NCBI GenBank assembly: GCA_900088475.1
Contig: FLMG01004506.1
Coordinates: 1-47,458, forward strand
Direction: 5' to 3'
Length of the DNA stretch: 47,458 nt
DNA from: Hyphochytrium catenoides
Lineage: Eukaryota; Protista; Hyphochytriomycota
Shown: one piece after another, positions 25,707-37,661 of the stretch
Layout of the letters: every line of letters starts with the position of its first letter
Position numbering within the stretch: position 1 is the first letter of the stretch
Made by a program: the position numbers and the translations under genes
Notes under the pieces: generated by a model
The model's input: only the letters and a program-made list of their open reading frames with translations
Told to the model about the DNA's origin: nothing
Databases searched by the model: none

Positions 25707-28005
25707 ATGGGGTCTCCTTCAGAATCAGCAGAGGCGCTAGGGCTAGAGCCCTCAGTCCCCACTCATGATGACGGAGGAGGCGCTCCGCATCCTCCTCTCA
25801 AACGGCGGAAGACGGATAGCGAGGCGATACTTCAGTATGTTGAGCAGCTTGAGGCCAAGTATGCGTCAGAGCTACGAAGAGAGACAGATGTTGCACATAT
25901 CGTTGAAGAGGTGGAGCGGACAACTACGGCTGTTTGGCGGGTGACGAGCTGGGCCGGGCAGCTCATCTGGTGGCTCCAATTGCCTGGGATGTGGACCATC
26001 CAGTTCCTTCGACTGCTTCTATTCGTTGTGGCGCTGCTTCCCGCGTTCCTTCGTCTAACCTACCACTATTGGATGCATCCGTCAGTTATCAATAACATCC
26101 CCTATGGCTCACAGCCGCGCCAGTCTTTGGACGTGTGGCTCTTCCAGCGGCCAGCACCTGAGACGGCTGCGGATACCGATAGTTCCGGATCGGAAGAAGA
26201 TGAAGGGGCGGACGAGAGGAACAAGCTCTGCCCGGTAGTGATATTTGTGTCTGGCGGAGCTTGGATTATCGGCTACAAAATGTGGGGTAAGTCGACTATG
26301 ACAGAAGAAGCTCCTTTGCCTGGCTGTGTATGTCAGGGAACAGAGAAGAAAGGCCAATATGGTGAGAGAGAACAGAAAGAGCGGATGAATGAGGAAGAGA
26401 TTGTTATCAGGAAGATGAGAGGAGGGAAACATAGACTTCATTCCAATGGATGGAGCAGAAGGAGGCAGAGGAAGGTAGAGCGCGCTCCTCTGACTACCAT
26501 TGCTCGCAGGCTTCATGATGGGCAAGGTTTTCCAGAATAATGGCATCATATTTGTCACTTTAGACTATCGCAACTTCCCGCAGAGTACGATCTCTGGCAT
26601 GGTGAACGACGTTGCGTTGGCGGTGGAATGGGTCTTCAAAAATATTGAAAAGTATGGAGGGGATCCGGATGCGATTACTCTGATGGGTCAGTCCGCGGGA
26701 GCACACATTAGCAGCCTTGTCACACTTAGACAGGCAGAGGCGGAGGCAAAGGGAGAGAAGCTAAGGTAAGAGTCCGTGAAAGTTAGTCTATTTGGCCTCT
26801 TCTCCTTCCTTCTGAGCTCGTTAGTTAACTCGCTTGGGTGCCTTACCGCTGATCTACTCAAGTCTCGACACTATGTGCTGCGCACAGCGTCCATGATACA
26901 TAGCTAATTCGATTGTGGACACTTAGATCTTCCCTCAGCATGCCCTCTCAATCATCGTATTCTTCACCCTCTGACGACCCATAATGGTTACTCCTTGTTA
27001 TTTCAACTCAGTTGGATTGTCCTCTTCCTTTGTGCTTTGCTTTTGACTTATAAAGCTAACGCCAGAATGTGTTCGCCTTCCTTCAGTTGGACCTCCTCAA
27101 GATTGGTGCAGTACATTGGGATCAGCGGGCCCTATGACATTGTGCGCCTAGCCCCGAAAATCCATGCGCGAGGGCTGCACCATCGGGTAGGTGCTTAGAC
27201 TTCTTTCACTCCGTTCGCTTCTTGGGGGTTGGACTTGGCACTTTGGGTCGTCTGCATGTTCGTGACTGCCTTCGCTCACAAGTATCACCATTGGGAGCTA
27301 CTCAGCGACTGGGTAGTCTCAATGTATTGGTGGCCCTACTGATGGAACTGGTTGTTCCTTCGTAGGTATTGCGTCGTGTGATGGATGGTGATCCTGAAGG
27401 CAATTCTCCCACCTTACGCGTTCAGAACTACAAGCCCAAGGAGAGAGCAGCGATCATGCGGTATGACCCTGGGATCTCTTGATCCTGCCTCTGTCTCTGT
27501 CGCGGCTCTGCGCTGGCTCCGCCCAAGTAGTCAAGAGATGAGAACCTAACATGAGCTATGCCGTCAGGTGTTTGCCGGCATTGCACCTCTTTCATGGCAC
27601 GAGTGATGCTACTGTTCCTTATGACCAAACAACTGGCTTTGTAGCTGCTTTGAAGGATGCAGGCGCCCCAGCAAAGGTCACATTGTATAATAAGAAGAGC
27701 CATACAGATCCGGTAAGGCGCGTATTGTTCTCTTTTTTGACTACAGAAAGACCGTGAAAGAGAAGAGTATGTGGATTGAAATCTGTGCTGCTCCCAGAAG
27801 GCAAGTGAGCTTCTAGTCTAACGGTCCATGGTCTCAGATTCTTGAAGATCCAATCGCAGGGACGGATCCCCTGATGCTAGATCTCCTGGAGCTGATCCAT
27901 CTCAAATCCTCCCGCAATCACGTCGACAGTAAGAGAGTTCTGCTTCTACCTCGTCTGGCGCCAGAAGCCTGCATTAGGTTCGGCAAATGGATCAACCCTT
28001 TTTAG
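25707..28005 (+). CDS. ICME: Isoprenylcysteine alpha-carbonyl methylesterase-like alpha/beta hydrolase
   Basis: TM segment [42 protein letters not shown], nucleophile elbow [31 protein letters not shown], ending WINPF*. These match plant ICME motifs. Confidence 0.88.
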
Positions 28006-28646
28006 CCTTCTTTTCCCTCTGCATCCGCCTATCGGGGAGTCTTTATAACGGTGGCGTTACAACTGGATAGGGGAAGACATTCAGTTTCCCATCGAGCTGT
28101 CTGCCACAGCTCCTCGGAGGAGATTCCCATTACTACTTCTGCCTTTCCTAGACCGTGAGAGCGCCGTCACGAACTCTATATACCATCAAAGCCAGCCGGC
28201 TTACCAGCGGCATCTGCACATATGTGAAGGAGCAGGATGAGACTAACTTATTAGAAATGAACGACATGACTCTCAAGAACTAATCAATACTCGTGGCAAT
28301 ATCCTCAAGTCTAGATATATCCTGTCTTCCTATCAGTAGGGAATTTAGACAGCCTCGACCTAGCGTCAACCTCCCTCCCTCAGTCTACATCTTAGCCGTC
28401 CTGCGTAAGGCTTAAGAAGTCACTGAGGAGCCGGCACCAGTCTTCAATAACTTCACCTCGCTGCTCCACGATACATCTCGGCTCACCCTGTGTCGACCCT
28501 GTAATACTTTGGCTCTTAAAAGGATAAGGCTGGATGAGGAGAGAGAATTTATGAGCCCTTTGATCTATTCAAGAAATAAGTATGATGGCCAGAGAGCTAA
28601 GGATTCTGTCCCATTAAGTCCTTTAGTCGTCCTCTTCCATCTAGTT

Positions 28647-31600
28647 TTATATTGCCAATAAATAGTCCTTCACAATCGCGTTCAATTCCTCCAGAGCTTT
28701 CTCTGTGTGAAACAGGGTCACAGGGTCCGAAGAGGATAGCTGCGCGGCCTTCAATATCCGGTAGACGTCTTTCAAATGCTCAGGCACCACTTCAAACAAC
28801 CCCACTCCCAGCGCCTCGAGAACTCTAACAATAATGTAGACCGCACCTCGTCGCACGGGAAGGTTGACTGGATGCTCCCTTTCAATATCAATGATACCCG
28901 CGCAGCAAGTCAAGATGTCGGTTGCATAGTTATGAATGCCCCAGCGGAGAGTAGCACAAACCTCTGCAAGGTTTGAGAGGCAACTCGCTCTGAGCATTGC
29001 CACATGCTTCCTATATGGACTTTCCAGGTCTTCTTCGCCTGTGGCCTTTGCTTCAGAGGTGAGGGATGGGTCTTCCTCCTCCACCGGCTTATACTCCGCT
29101 TCGTTTGTGTCCTTCTCTGTCTGACTCTCTCCCTCTTGATCAGGCTCAGCTTTTATCTCCTCCACCATTCTCTTGCCCCTTCGTCGATGATAAGTGGGTC
29201 CATTTTGCCCTTTCTTGCCCACATTTATAGGGAATATGATCGCGTCCTTCCAACGTGGCGCCCTGACACAGTCGAGGAGAACGCGGACAAGAGGCCCGGC
29301 ATAGGGTCCGATGGTGTCGCCACATCGTCTCACGGTAAACATTAATGCTTCAGACATCTTAATCTGCTTCTCCAGCTGTCCTTCTGCAGTCTTGAATGAG
29401 GAGATGAGAAGCGGAACAGCCTTTCGAGGCAGAAGATCTGCTAGAACAGCCAATCCTTGAACCGCAGCCAGGTAAACGTAACTGTCCTGGTCTAGGAGAC
29501 AGTCTTCGTATATGCCTAGTAATGACTCAATTCTTCTGGTCACAGTCTCTTCCTGACTCTGCCGACCATCCTCTTCTTGTTCGTTGATCTCTATAATAAG
29601 ACCCGCACTCTTTTTGTCCTGTTCTGAGAGGGATAAACGGGTCCTTCTGACTAAACTTGTAAGCGCAACGACTCCTCGTGCCCTGATGGGTACCAAATCA
29701 CTCGCAAGATCCGTCTTTGCTTCTGCCAATGTCTCCTCAAAGGTCTTTGGAACCGCCGACGGCTTCCTCTCTTCCTGGCTACCACTGGGAGACAATCCAA
29801 CGGCGGACCCGCTTAAAATCATCACTCGCAATTGTGAAGCCATCTCCGCAACGTGGGATGAGTGATATTCTGAAAGAGTTTCAAGAGATGGGAGTAGTCG
29901 TCGCAGGAACTGCTTTTCTTTCTCTAGTCGCTGACTCATAGCTGCGCCGAACTCTAGGATAGTGGTAAGAATGCCTAGGGCGACGGAAAGGAGGTCATCA
30001 ACCTCCTCACCAGCGCCAGAAGCAGTCGCATCTTCCATGCTTCCAAATCCTATTTCTTCCTCTTTGGTCCTGGTAAATCTGGCGGCTGATGCCTCGATCG
30101 AAAGTTGTAAGATTTCCAGGACCTGTTCTGCATTCTGAAGCATACTGGGTCCGGCCATATCAATAAGTTCTATTAGTAAGAGTAGGGCTTGCTGATACTC
30201 TGATGCATCACGGGGTAGGCAGTCATATTGAGAGAAGTGATATTGTGCCTCCATGGTGTCTTGGTCACCTTCCCCCCTTGTAGTGATGGAAGAAGTGCTC
30301 GTTACTGCTTCGCCGGTCTTGTACGCCGTAACAGCTTTGAGGATAGAGAGGAAGAAGTTGCCACTCACAGGTGACTCCACCAGCTCTGACCTTTTCAAAA
30401 AGCTAGTGAGCATAGTTCCGACAGCAAACTGTCCTTCTCCTTCCTCCTCATGCACGCCTGTCTTGGATATCAGCCGAGCGTGCTGGCCTTTCGTTATTAG
30501 AATTGCATCAGCTGCAGTCACATTCTCGTTGAGCGACAAAATGATGCCACCTGAAGGACCAGGTCGCACCTCTGGCATCCTACACCAAGCTACTGCCCAG
30601 CCTTTATCTAGTGTGTACCTAGCAGCCTGGGGATACATGGACAAAGGAAAGACGACTCTATTCGGGAATAGACTTGCCACAAGGATATCCGTGCTGCCAT
30701 CCGCCACCCTAAGGAGCCCCTCTATAATAAAGTCCAGTTTGGCTTTGGTATGACTCTTCATTGCGGACGCCTTGCTATAAAGCATTACAAGCGGTCGAAG
30801 GAGTGGGAGGAAGTATTGAGAAAGCGACCGCTCAGCCGTTGCTTCGACCACCATCTTTAGAAAGGAAAGAGCCCGCTCTACCGCCCCTTCACTTTCAATG
30901 GCCCTTCGGACTATTTGAGAGGGCAAATCGGGAGACAGCTCAGCTAGCTTTTGCTCTAATCTCCGTGCGAGCCTCAGCTTCAACGCATCTCCATCGAATT
31001 CGTCTTCCTCAGGCAGAGCGCTATCCGCGTCCATAAGAAATCTGGGATCACAGAAAAGGAGGAGAGGGTGCAAAAGGTCCCTGAAAATGGCCGCATTGGC
31101 TAGGTCAGGATGTTGTGAGGCCATCCTCGCCGCAATATGCACTGCCATCCTGCTTAGGGGAGCGGTTGTACCCTCTGACTCCTTGAGGCTCAATAGCTCC
31201 CGCAGCTGCGGGCCCACACATAGATAGTAGTCGGACGGAGACAGCTTCTCTGGAACAGAAGAGATGAGGTCAGCAATCCTCATAATTGCTTGAGTGTTCC
31301 CAGGGGGAAGAGAGGAGCACATCACATCCACAACCGCAGCCACTCCTCCCTCCTTCCGTAGACATTCACTCATCAGTAGCCCGCACTGTTGCCTGAAGCT
31401 GCGGAGACCGCTATCTTTTGCTGTCGATGAGAGAAGCTGATGTAGAGAAGAGACAACAAGAGAGAGAGGGATGTCTTGGAAAACCTTATCTAGCAGTCTA
31501 TCGGCCTCCGTTCTGAGATATGTCTTGTTATCTCCTCCTTCTATTCATCCACAGCAATCGGGTAGTTAGCGCAGAGCGGTCTCAGTGAAAGGAGAGAGGC

Positions 31601-32597
31601 GTTGTGCGAGGCGGAAGAGGTGGCCAACAGGGTAGAAGAATGGGTGAAGGAAGATATTTGAGGCCGATAAGCGTGTTGGCAAGAAGCAAAGCTTGCGGAG
31701 AGGCAGACAGGCCTTCTTCGTACAGACAAGGAGAGACGCGTAGTGAAGCCATCACAAGGACCGATTACCGATTTAGAAAGCAGAGAAGAGAGATTTATAA
31801 GAGAGAAAGAGAAGGATCAGAGAGTAGCAGTGGCTGCTCACTTTCTCACCTTGTCGTGTATACAGCACGAACCCAAGAACATCCCGGCTATACCTAGGCA
31901 TCAGCATCGCTTTTAACTGAGGAAGAGAGACGAACTCATAGACGGCGATCACCATCGTTAGCAGCCGTTGCTGGGAGCAACTTTGACATGGAGGAGCAGA
32001 CGACTTTACTGGGGTGTTGGACAGCAGCTGCGCCTGCCCACAGTCCAGGACAGCCTCCGAGATCTTCATAGTCTTTGGAAAGACTCTCTTTCCTACGCAG
32101 AAAGTAGGAGGACAGAAAGATGCTGACACCGCACCCCAGCAGATAAGCAGCTCTAGCGCCGATTGAATGTTCGTATAGTCCACAAGGCTCAGCAGCCCTG
32201 GAGGAGCTTTGCTATCGTCGTTGGTGGTCCTCTCATTCCCTTCCGTTGCTGCATGTTCCGCAAAGAAGTGGAGGACTCGAGCTAAGGCTTTCAAAGTTGG
32301 AAAGAGGATTGCAAAGACAAGCCTTGACACGTCCGGCAGAGACTCTTTTGAAGTGGAGCACGAGCTGCAAGAGTCTTCCATGGAATCTTTTGGCGTGTGC
32401 TTCTCCTCATCTCCTTCACTCTGAAGAGTGAGAAGTCCTTTAACAGCAGTGCGCAGTCTCGCCGCCGATTCTGAGCTCCTCACGTCCAACTTTGATACGG
32501 GAACAATCCGGAGTTCTTCTATGATGTCATTGAGTTTCTTGGTCAGCGATCTCAGGATCCGCTCCTGGGCCTTGACCTCTGCTGGCGCTGTCTCCAT
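28647..32597 (-). CDS. TANGO6: TANGO6 / Rtp1 (RNA polymerase II assembly/import) HEAT-repeat protein, 2 exons (intron about 31541-31849)
   Basis: Helical repeat protein with YYLCVGPQL, VPIRARGVVALTSL, LLDQDSYVYLAAVQGLA, LRASCLSNLAEVC and VRRGAV motifs typical of the RTP1_C1/C2 regions. Confidence 0.85.
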
Positions 32598-32969
32598 AGT
32601 AACACTTCTGAGGCCAAGAAGGCCCACACACTACTGGCCAGTAGCCAAGCGCGGCCTAAGGTTCCCTATCATGGTATTGCTGGCAGTGCCGCTCTTGAAG
32701 CGGATGATGACACCTACAGAGCTTGTTACATCCGAGACCTGAGCTTTCACTTTCAGAAGCAGCTGAAGCTTCAAAGCGCGGCTGTGAACAATGCTTTCCC
32801 TTGGCCACATCACCAACACGATACATGACGCATATCGGGAATAGGCACGGGTAGCCTCAGGAATAGAGTTACAAACTTGTCAATGATCAGGAATGTGTAT
32901 GACGGTGGATCAGAACGAAAGAGTTTTCACAGGTGCGAACAGTGGATGGATCTTCGGCTGGCACCAGTG

Positions 32970-33026
32970 TCCTAGGTCCAGCGTCCTGGCTCCTGGATCC
33001 TGGGGTCTTGGCACCTGGCTGCTGGC
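32970..33026. repeat. Degenerate heptamer tandem array (TCCTGGN)x8 in a divergent promoter
   Basis: tcctagg tccagcg tcctggc tcctgga tcctggg g tcttggc acctggc tgctggc. Confidence 0.75.
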
Positions 33027-33157
33027 AGCCAGACCGGGAGTTCTGATTGCTGACAGTACCATCCCTCCGTTTAAAAGGAAATCTCTGGCGTAAGCGCGTT
33101 ATATTGCCCATTGTGAGTCAGGAGAAAGGACCCTGACACTGTTGAGGTCATTCCATT

Positions 33158-34071
33158 ATGGTCCTCGCACGCTCATTGCGAACACTAATTGCTCGACGAG
33201 GTAGTGGACCCCATTTTGCAATGGCACATGTGATACTGACGCCGCGCTTGGGCATATGCCGCAGCTCATGCTCGGTCTCTGGCTTGTCAAGTGAATGCTA
33301 CTCGCTATGATGGACTGGGTGGATTGTCCCGTCTTGCATCGACCAAAAGTGGACTGAGTCCAGATCCATCCAAGGCCATTATAATCCCTCTGCCCAAGCT
33401 GTCGCCATCCATGGTACCCATACTTCACATTCTACGCGTTATTACGCTGACGTTGTTTTTCACGGTACTCTCGTCTTCCCAGGAGGAGGGCAAGATTTTG
33501 AAATGGCATGTGAAGGAAGGAGAACTAATCAACCAATATGACCTCATTGTCGACATCAGAGCTACGAACTTGATCAGCGGCTCCGGTAAAGTGAGTGCCT
33601 CCCTGGTGGCTAAGGGCGCCAAGATGAGAGCGCTGAGTCTTATACTCACTGTCCGGTTAGGCCACCGACATGGAGATCGAGGCAGTGGATGATGGCTACT
33701 TGGCAAAGATTCTTGAGCCAGAGGGTTCGGTAAGCTTGACCTCTGCATCTGTCTTCCGGAGAGAACCTTCTAGGCGCTGCGCCAAAACCCTCGCGTGACC
33801 TGTGCTCATTTAGACAAAAGGATGCGCAGGGAGTTCTCCCGCAGGTAATGCAGTGGCATTGCTCTCCTAAGACCCCTTCTCCGTTCCCATTGTTGTTTAT
33901 GAGACTGTCAAGGTCGGGGAACCTATTGCCATCATGTGTGAAGAAGAAGAGGATGTTAAAGAGTTCTCAGGCCTAAAGGAAATTCCAAGCAGCTGGGACA
34001 AGTATGACACGACGTTCCAATGGCAGGCCTACAAGAAGAAGAAAGAGGGTTCGAGCGTCAGAGTGGACTAG
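33158..34071 (+). CDS. Stand-alone biotin/lipoyl-attachment-domain protein with a mitochondrial-type presequence
   Basis: MVLARSLRTLIARRA|HARSL...IIIPLPKLSPSM|EEGKILKWHVKEGELINQYDLIVDIRATNLISGSGK|ATDMEIEAVDDGYLAKILEPEGS|..VGEPIAIMCEEEEDVKEF...FQWQAYKKKKEGSSVRVD*. One E2-type lipoyl domain, with no E1/E3-binding or acyltransferase domain. Confidence 0.85.
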
Positions 34072-34370
34072 GTAAGAGGTTAAGCCAAATGGTGTGGCTG
34101 TCTGCACGGGCTGTCCCTCCCAGACATACTGCTGGTAGGCAGTTCTTCTCAAGATGATTGTAGATCCTATCATAGTTAGTCGCGGTGGTTCTCCAGCATC
34201 TTTCTGTCTATCTGGGAAGGGGGGAGAGCGCATATGTTGAACTCGGCTCGCAGCTTCCAAGCAGGACCACGGACTAGGGGAGCATGAGGCCCAGCTCGTC
34301 CTGCTGTGAGCTCTGATGGGATAGCTAATGTGTGGCCATCAACTTTTCTTAATCTTTAGCTCACTATGTG

Positions 34371-35580
34371 CTAGGGAAGAGGCTCTTCAGCATCCCCGAT
34401 CCTAGTAATGTGAAGGTATGCGTCCGTGCCGTAGCCCTCCATTGAGATGACCTGCAGATCTCCACCAAAATAACGAGCGAATAGCCTACTAATGGGTAGT
34501 CCATATCCCAACCCTGCCAACGGAGCATCCATGCCAAAATCCCTAACGCCATCTAGCATTTCGAACGCGTTGCTGTCAGCGGTCGTGAACATGTAGGACC
34601 AAATCCGGTGCAGCTGAGACCTCGGGATACCTCCGCCTTCATCTGATATTTTTATGCACACGTCTTCGTTTTGCTCTGCGTCAGCTATGACTATGCGGAT
34701 TGGCGGGAGCTTATTGTCAATGCCGTGGGTCTCACAAACTGCACGCATAGAGTTCTTCAAAACCTCGAACAGGATGTGATGCAGATGACTGGGGATGAAG
34801 GGAATAGTGAGATCTGTGTGGCCGTGGATCGAGACCTCGGGAGCTTCTCCATATTGCCGAAGGCAGACGTGATGAGCACTGTCGACTGCTGCTAGAGCCA
34901 CTTCAGCTGGTGATGTGCTTTCGCAAATGCAACCGACCCAACCGGGCTCATGCTCATGCAGAGCGATATGCTGACCAATCAGCATTCGAATGCCTATTCT
35001 GCTCATGTAGAAGGCATCCAGGAAGCGATGTATTTCTTGCATATCGGTCAAGTCGACCTCTCTTGGAGAAGAGAACTTGGACTGATTCTTTCTATAAAGA
35101 TGGTTCTTGAACTCCCACACACCTCTGGCCATTGTAAACAGTGTACCTTTAGAATGATAAGACACAGAGTCACTCTGTCAAATTTGTAAGTTAAGACCTT
35201 TGTAGTGTGAAGTGTATACCTGCGTGCCTATCTTTGATCCCAGCTATGAGCTCTGTAAAGTGGTCTTCGTCGGTGGTCGTTTGAATCTTAGGGAATCGCA
35301 TAAGCTCGTCGAAGGACTGGATGTACCATTCCTTCACATTATTCACCGAAGGCATATCCGAGAGTCCAAAGGGTAGATCGTCTAGGTCACGTACACGATG
35401 TGCTAACCGGATGGGGAGTTCATGATGAAGAAACTGCGCAGCCTTGACTAGAGTTCTGGGCTGCGGGTTTCCCCCGAACTCTAACAGCTGCTTAAGACTG
35501 ACGCCAGTCTGAGGTTTTCTCGCAGCAGTGTGAATCTCACTCCTAAGAGCGGTCTTCGATGCCACAGATCTGACTGCCAT
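34371..35580 (-). CDS. PDK: Mitochondrial pyruvate dehydrogenase kinase (BCKDK/PDK family), 2 exons
   Basis: QTGVSLKQLLEFG, HELPIRLAHR, FYMSRIGIRMLIGQH, FEVLKNSMRA (N box), DEGGGI (G1), LAGLGYGLPISRLFARYFGG (G2), MEGYGTD, ending EEPLP* as in plant PDK. Confidence 0.93.
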
Positions 35581-36546
35581 TACTGCTGCGATAGAGCCCG
35601 GTTCCAGTTGGTACTCAACAAAGATTCCTAACTCCGACACATCCGTGCCTAGATATGAGGCCAGTCAGATTGGAGTTCCCCAGGTGGGCTATTGAATATA
35701 GCCAATGGCGGCGACTGTATGAGCCTTCCACGACGACACCTCAAGAAAGCTAGCACGGTTGAAGCGCTACGGACGATGAAGCTACTGCCTTGTGGCCTCT
35801 CTCGTGCTCCCTTCAACCGTTTTAATAAACCCACCGCGCTCGCTTTCTGGCCCGTGTTTCCTCTAATGACTCCCGCAGTCTGATGATGGCTTGATGGGCC
35901 TGGACGACGTGGGAAGATAGTAGGTTGTGAGGCTGAGGAGGCCAGCAGAGAGAAGCGTGAGGACGATGTGAAGGTGGTCTGTCGGTCTGGTCCAAGGCTC
36001 TGATGAGAGGGAGCAGCCAGGATCATCAGGGCAGAAGGGAAGTGCTTCGGCCTCCAGAAATTTCAGTTCAACGAAAAGTGTGGAACGGCAACCTTGCTCA
36101 AGGGGACAATAAGTTTTTGTAACTCTTCAAACCTGAGCTGAAAGAGCGACGCTCCAGAGTCACCTTCGTATAAGGGTCGGGTCAACAAAGTCAAGATACA
36201 CACAAATAATCAGCCATTGATTACTACGACCGCATGCTATCTCTCCAGGGGGATGCCTGTTCACCGTTAGAACAGCCTAAAGCGATATTATTACTATCCC
36301 TGAAAGACTGAAATACTAGTTTAAAAGGGAAAGATAGAACCATATTATTACTGCTGGGACGAAGCAGTGGTTGATCCTTCTCGTTTTCTTCTCTCTGGAA
36401 AGCGCTGCCCGGCGTCCACATTCTATTGAGAAAGAAGCTTCAGGATTCTCCAGATCTGTCTGAGATAGCAATCGTGCTTTGAACTTGACATCTCCATTGC
36501 TTTGTACTGAAGCTTAACTTGAGCCCCGGTCGTGGATTGGCTAAGT

Positions 36547-37573
36547 ATGGACGACAGAGATAACAGAGATGACAGAGAGGATAGTCGGAGGGACGACAGA
36601 GAGGATCGCGGCAGGGATGATTATAGAGAAGAGAGGGGCCGCAATGGTGATGACAGAGATGACGGACGCAAAGAGCGCCTGAAGCCTCCGCCGGATGTCA
36701 ACGAGATGTTCACCCTGAAAGTCGACAACGTTTCTTATCGCGCTACGTAAGTACAATATCTTGTTTGTAAACCCGCAAAAAAGTGTCATACATTAATATG
36801 ATGCTCCTTACAGAATTGAGGAGATAAGAAAACTATTTGACAGGTAAGATACAGGTACCCCTGGTCTTCGGTTTACCTGGCCTAAGAGCTGTTATGGCAG
36901 GTTTGGCGAGGTGGGAGACGTCTACATTCCCAGAGACAGATTTACTATGGAGTCAAGGGGCTTCGCCTTTGTGCGCTTCCACTCTAAGCGGGACGCTGAG
37001 GACGCAATTGAGGTAAGGACATTCGGTGGGAGGTGTGCGCTCTATCTAATCTTCCCTTTGATAGGCAATGGACAATTACGATTTTGACGGCCGCCGTCTT
37101 CGAGTCCAGTTTGCGAAACAGCGTCGTCCTGAGAACCCAAGAGAGTTCTACTCTCAACGCGATAGGGACCGTCGTGGAGGCGGATATCGTGGCCACCGAG
37201 GCGGCCCGCGAGGACGGTATGCACTGTTACTGGTCTTTGGGTTTAACGTCCTATTATATCCTAATTGGTGTTATCTAGGTCTCCTCCTCCCAGACGTCGT
37301 AGCCGCAGTGCTTCCGGTGGGCGGTGGAATCCGGGAAATAGCAGAAGCCGCAGCCGCAGGTAATTATTCGTGTAGTCCACTCTTGCCCTGCTGCATCTTA
37401 ACAAGCTCTTCTCTTCAGCCCTCCGAGGCGCAGAAGCCGCAGCCGTTCTTTCGATAGGCGGCGCTCAGACAGGCGGAGCAGGTGGGTCGTGGTCCATTTT
37501 TACCCAACGCTTGCTCTCTGAGCTATTGAACCTGACCTTCGTGCAATGCAGATCCCCCTCTCCTCGCCGCTAG
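36547..37573 (+). CDS. SRSF2: SR splicing factor SC35/SRSF2-like (RRM + RS domain), about 7 exons
   Basis: [69 protein letters not shown], followed by RS repeats. Confidence 0.93.
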
Positions 37574-37619
37574 TACCAGAAGCTAAGGACTGCCCGATGC
37601 TACCCACTGGAAACCAGTC

Positions 37620-37661
37620 CCCGAGTGGAGCGTGTACTAGTTCCCGACTGGAGCGTATACT
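37620..37661 (+). repeat. Imperfect 19-nt direct repeat in the SC35 3' UTR
   Basis: cccgagtggagcgtgtact / cccgactggagcgtatact (17/19 identical, 23-nt period). Confidence 0.8.

Noticed and set aside
32704-32766. Second C/D-like pattern with cttgttac complementary to the 18S 3' GTAACAAG
   Set aside because: Only an 8-nt match, not adjacent to a D/D' box, and no C' box.
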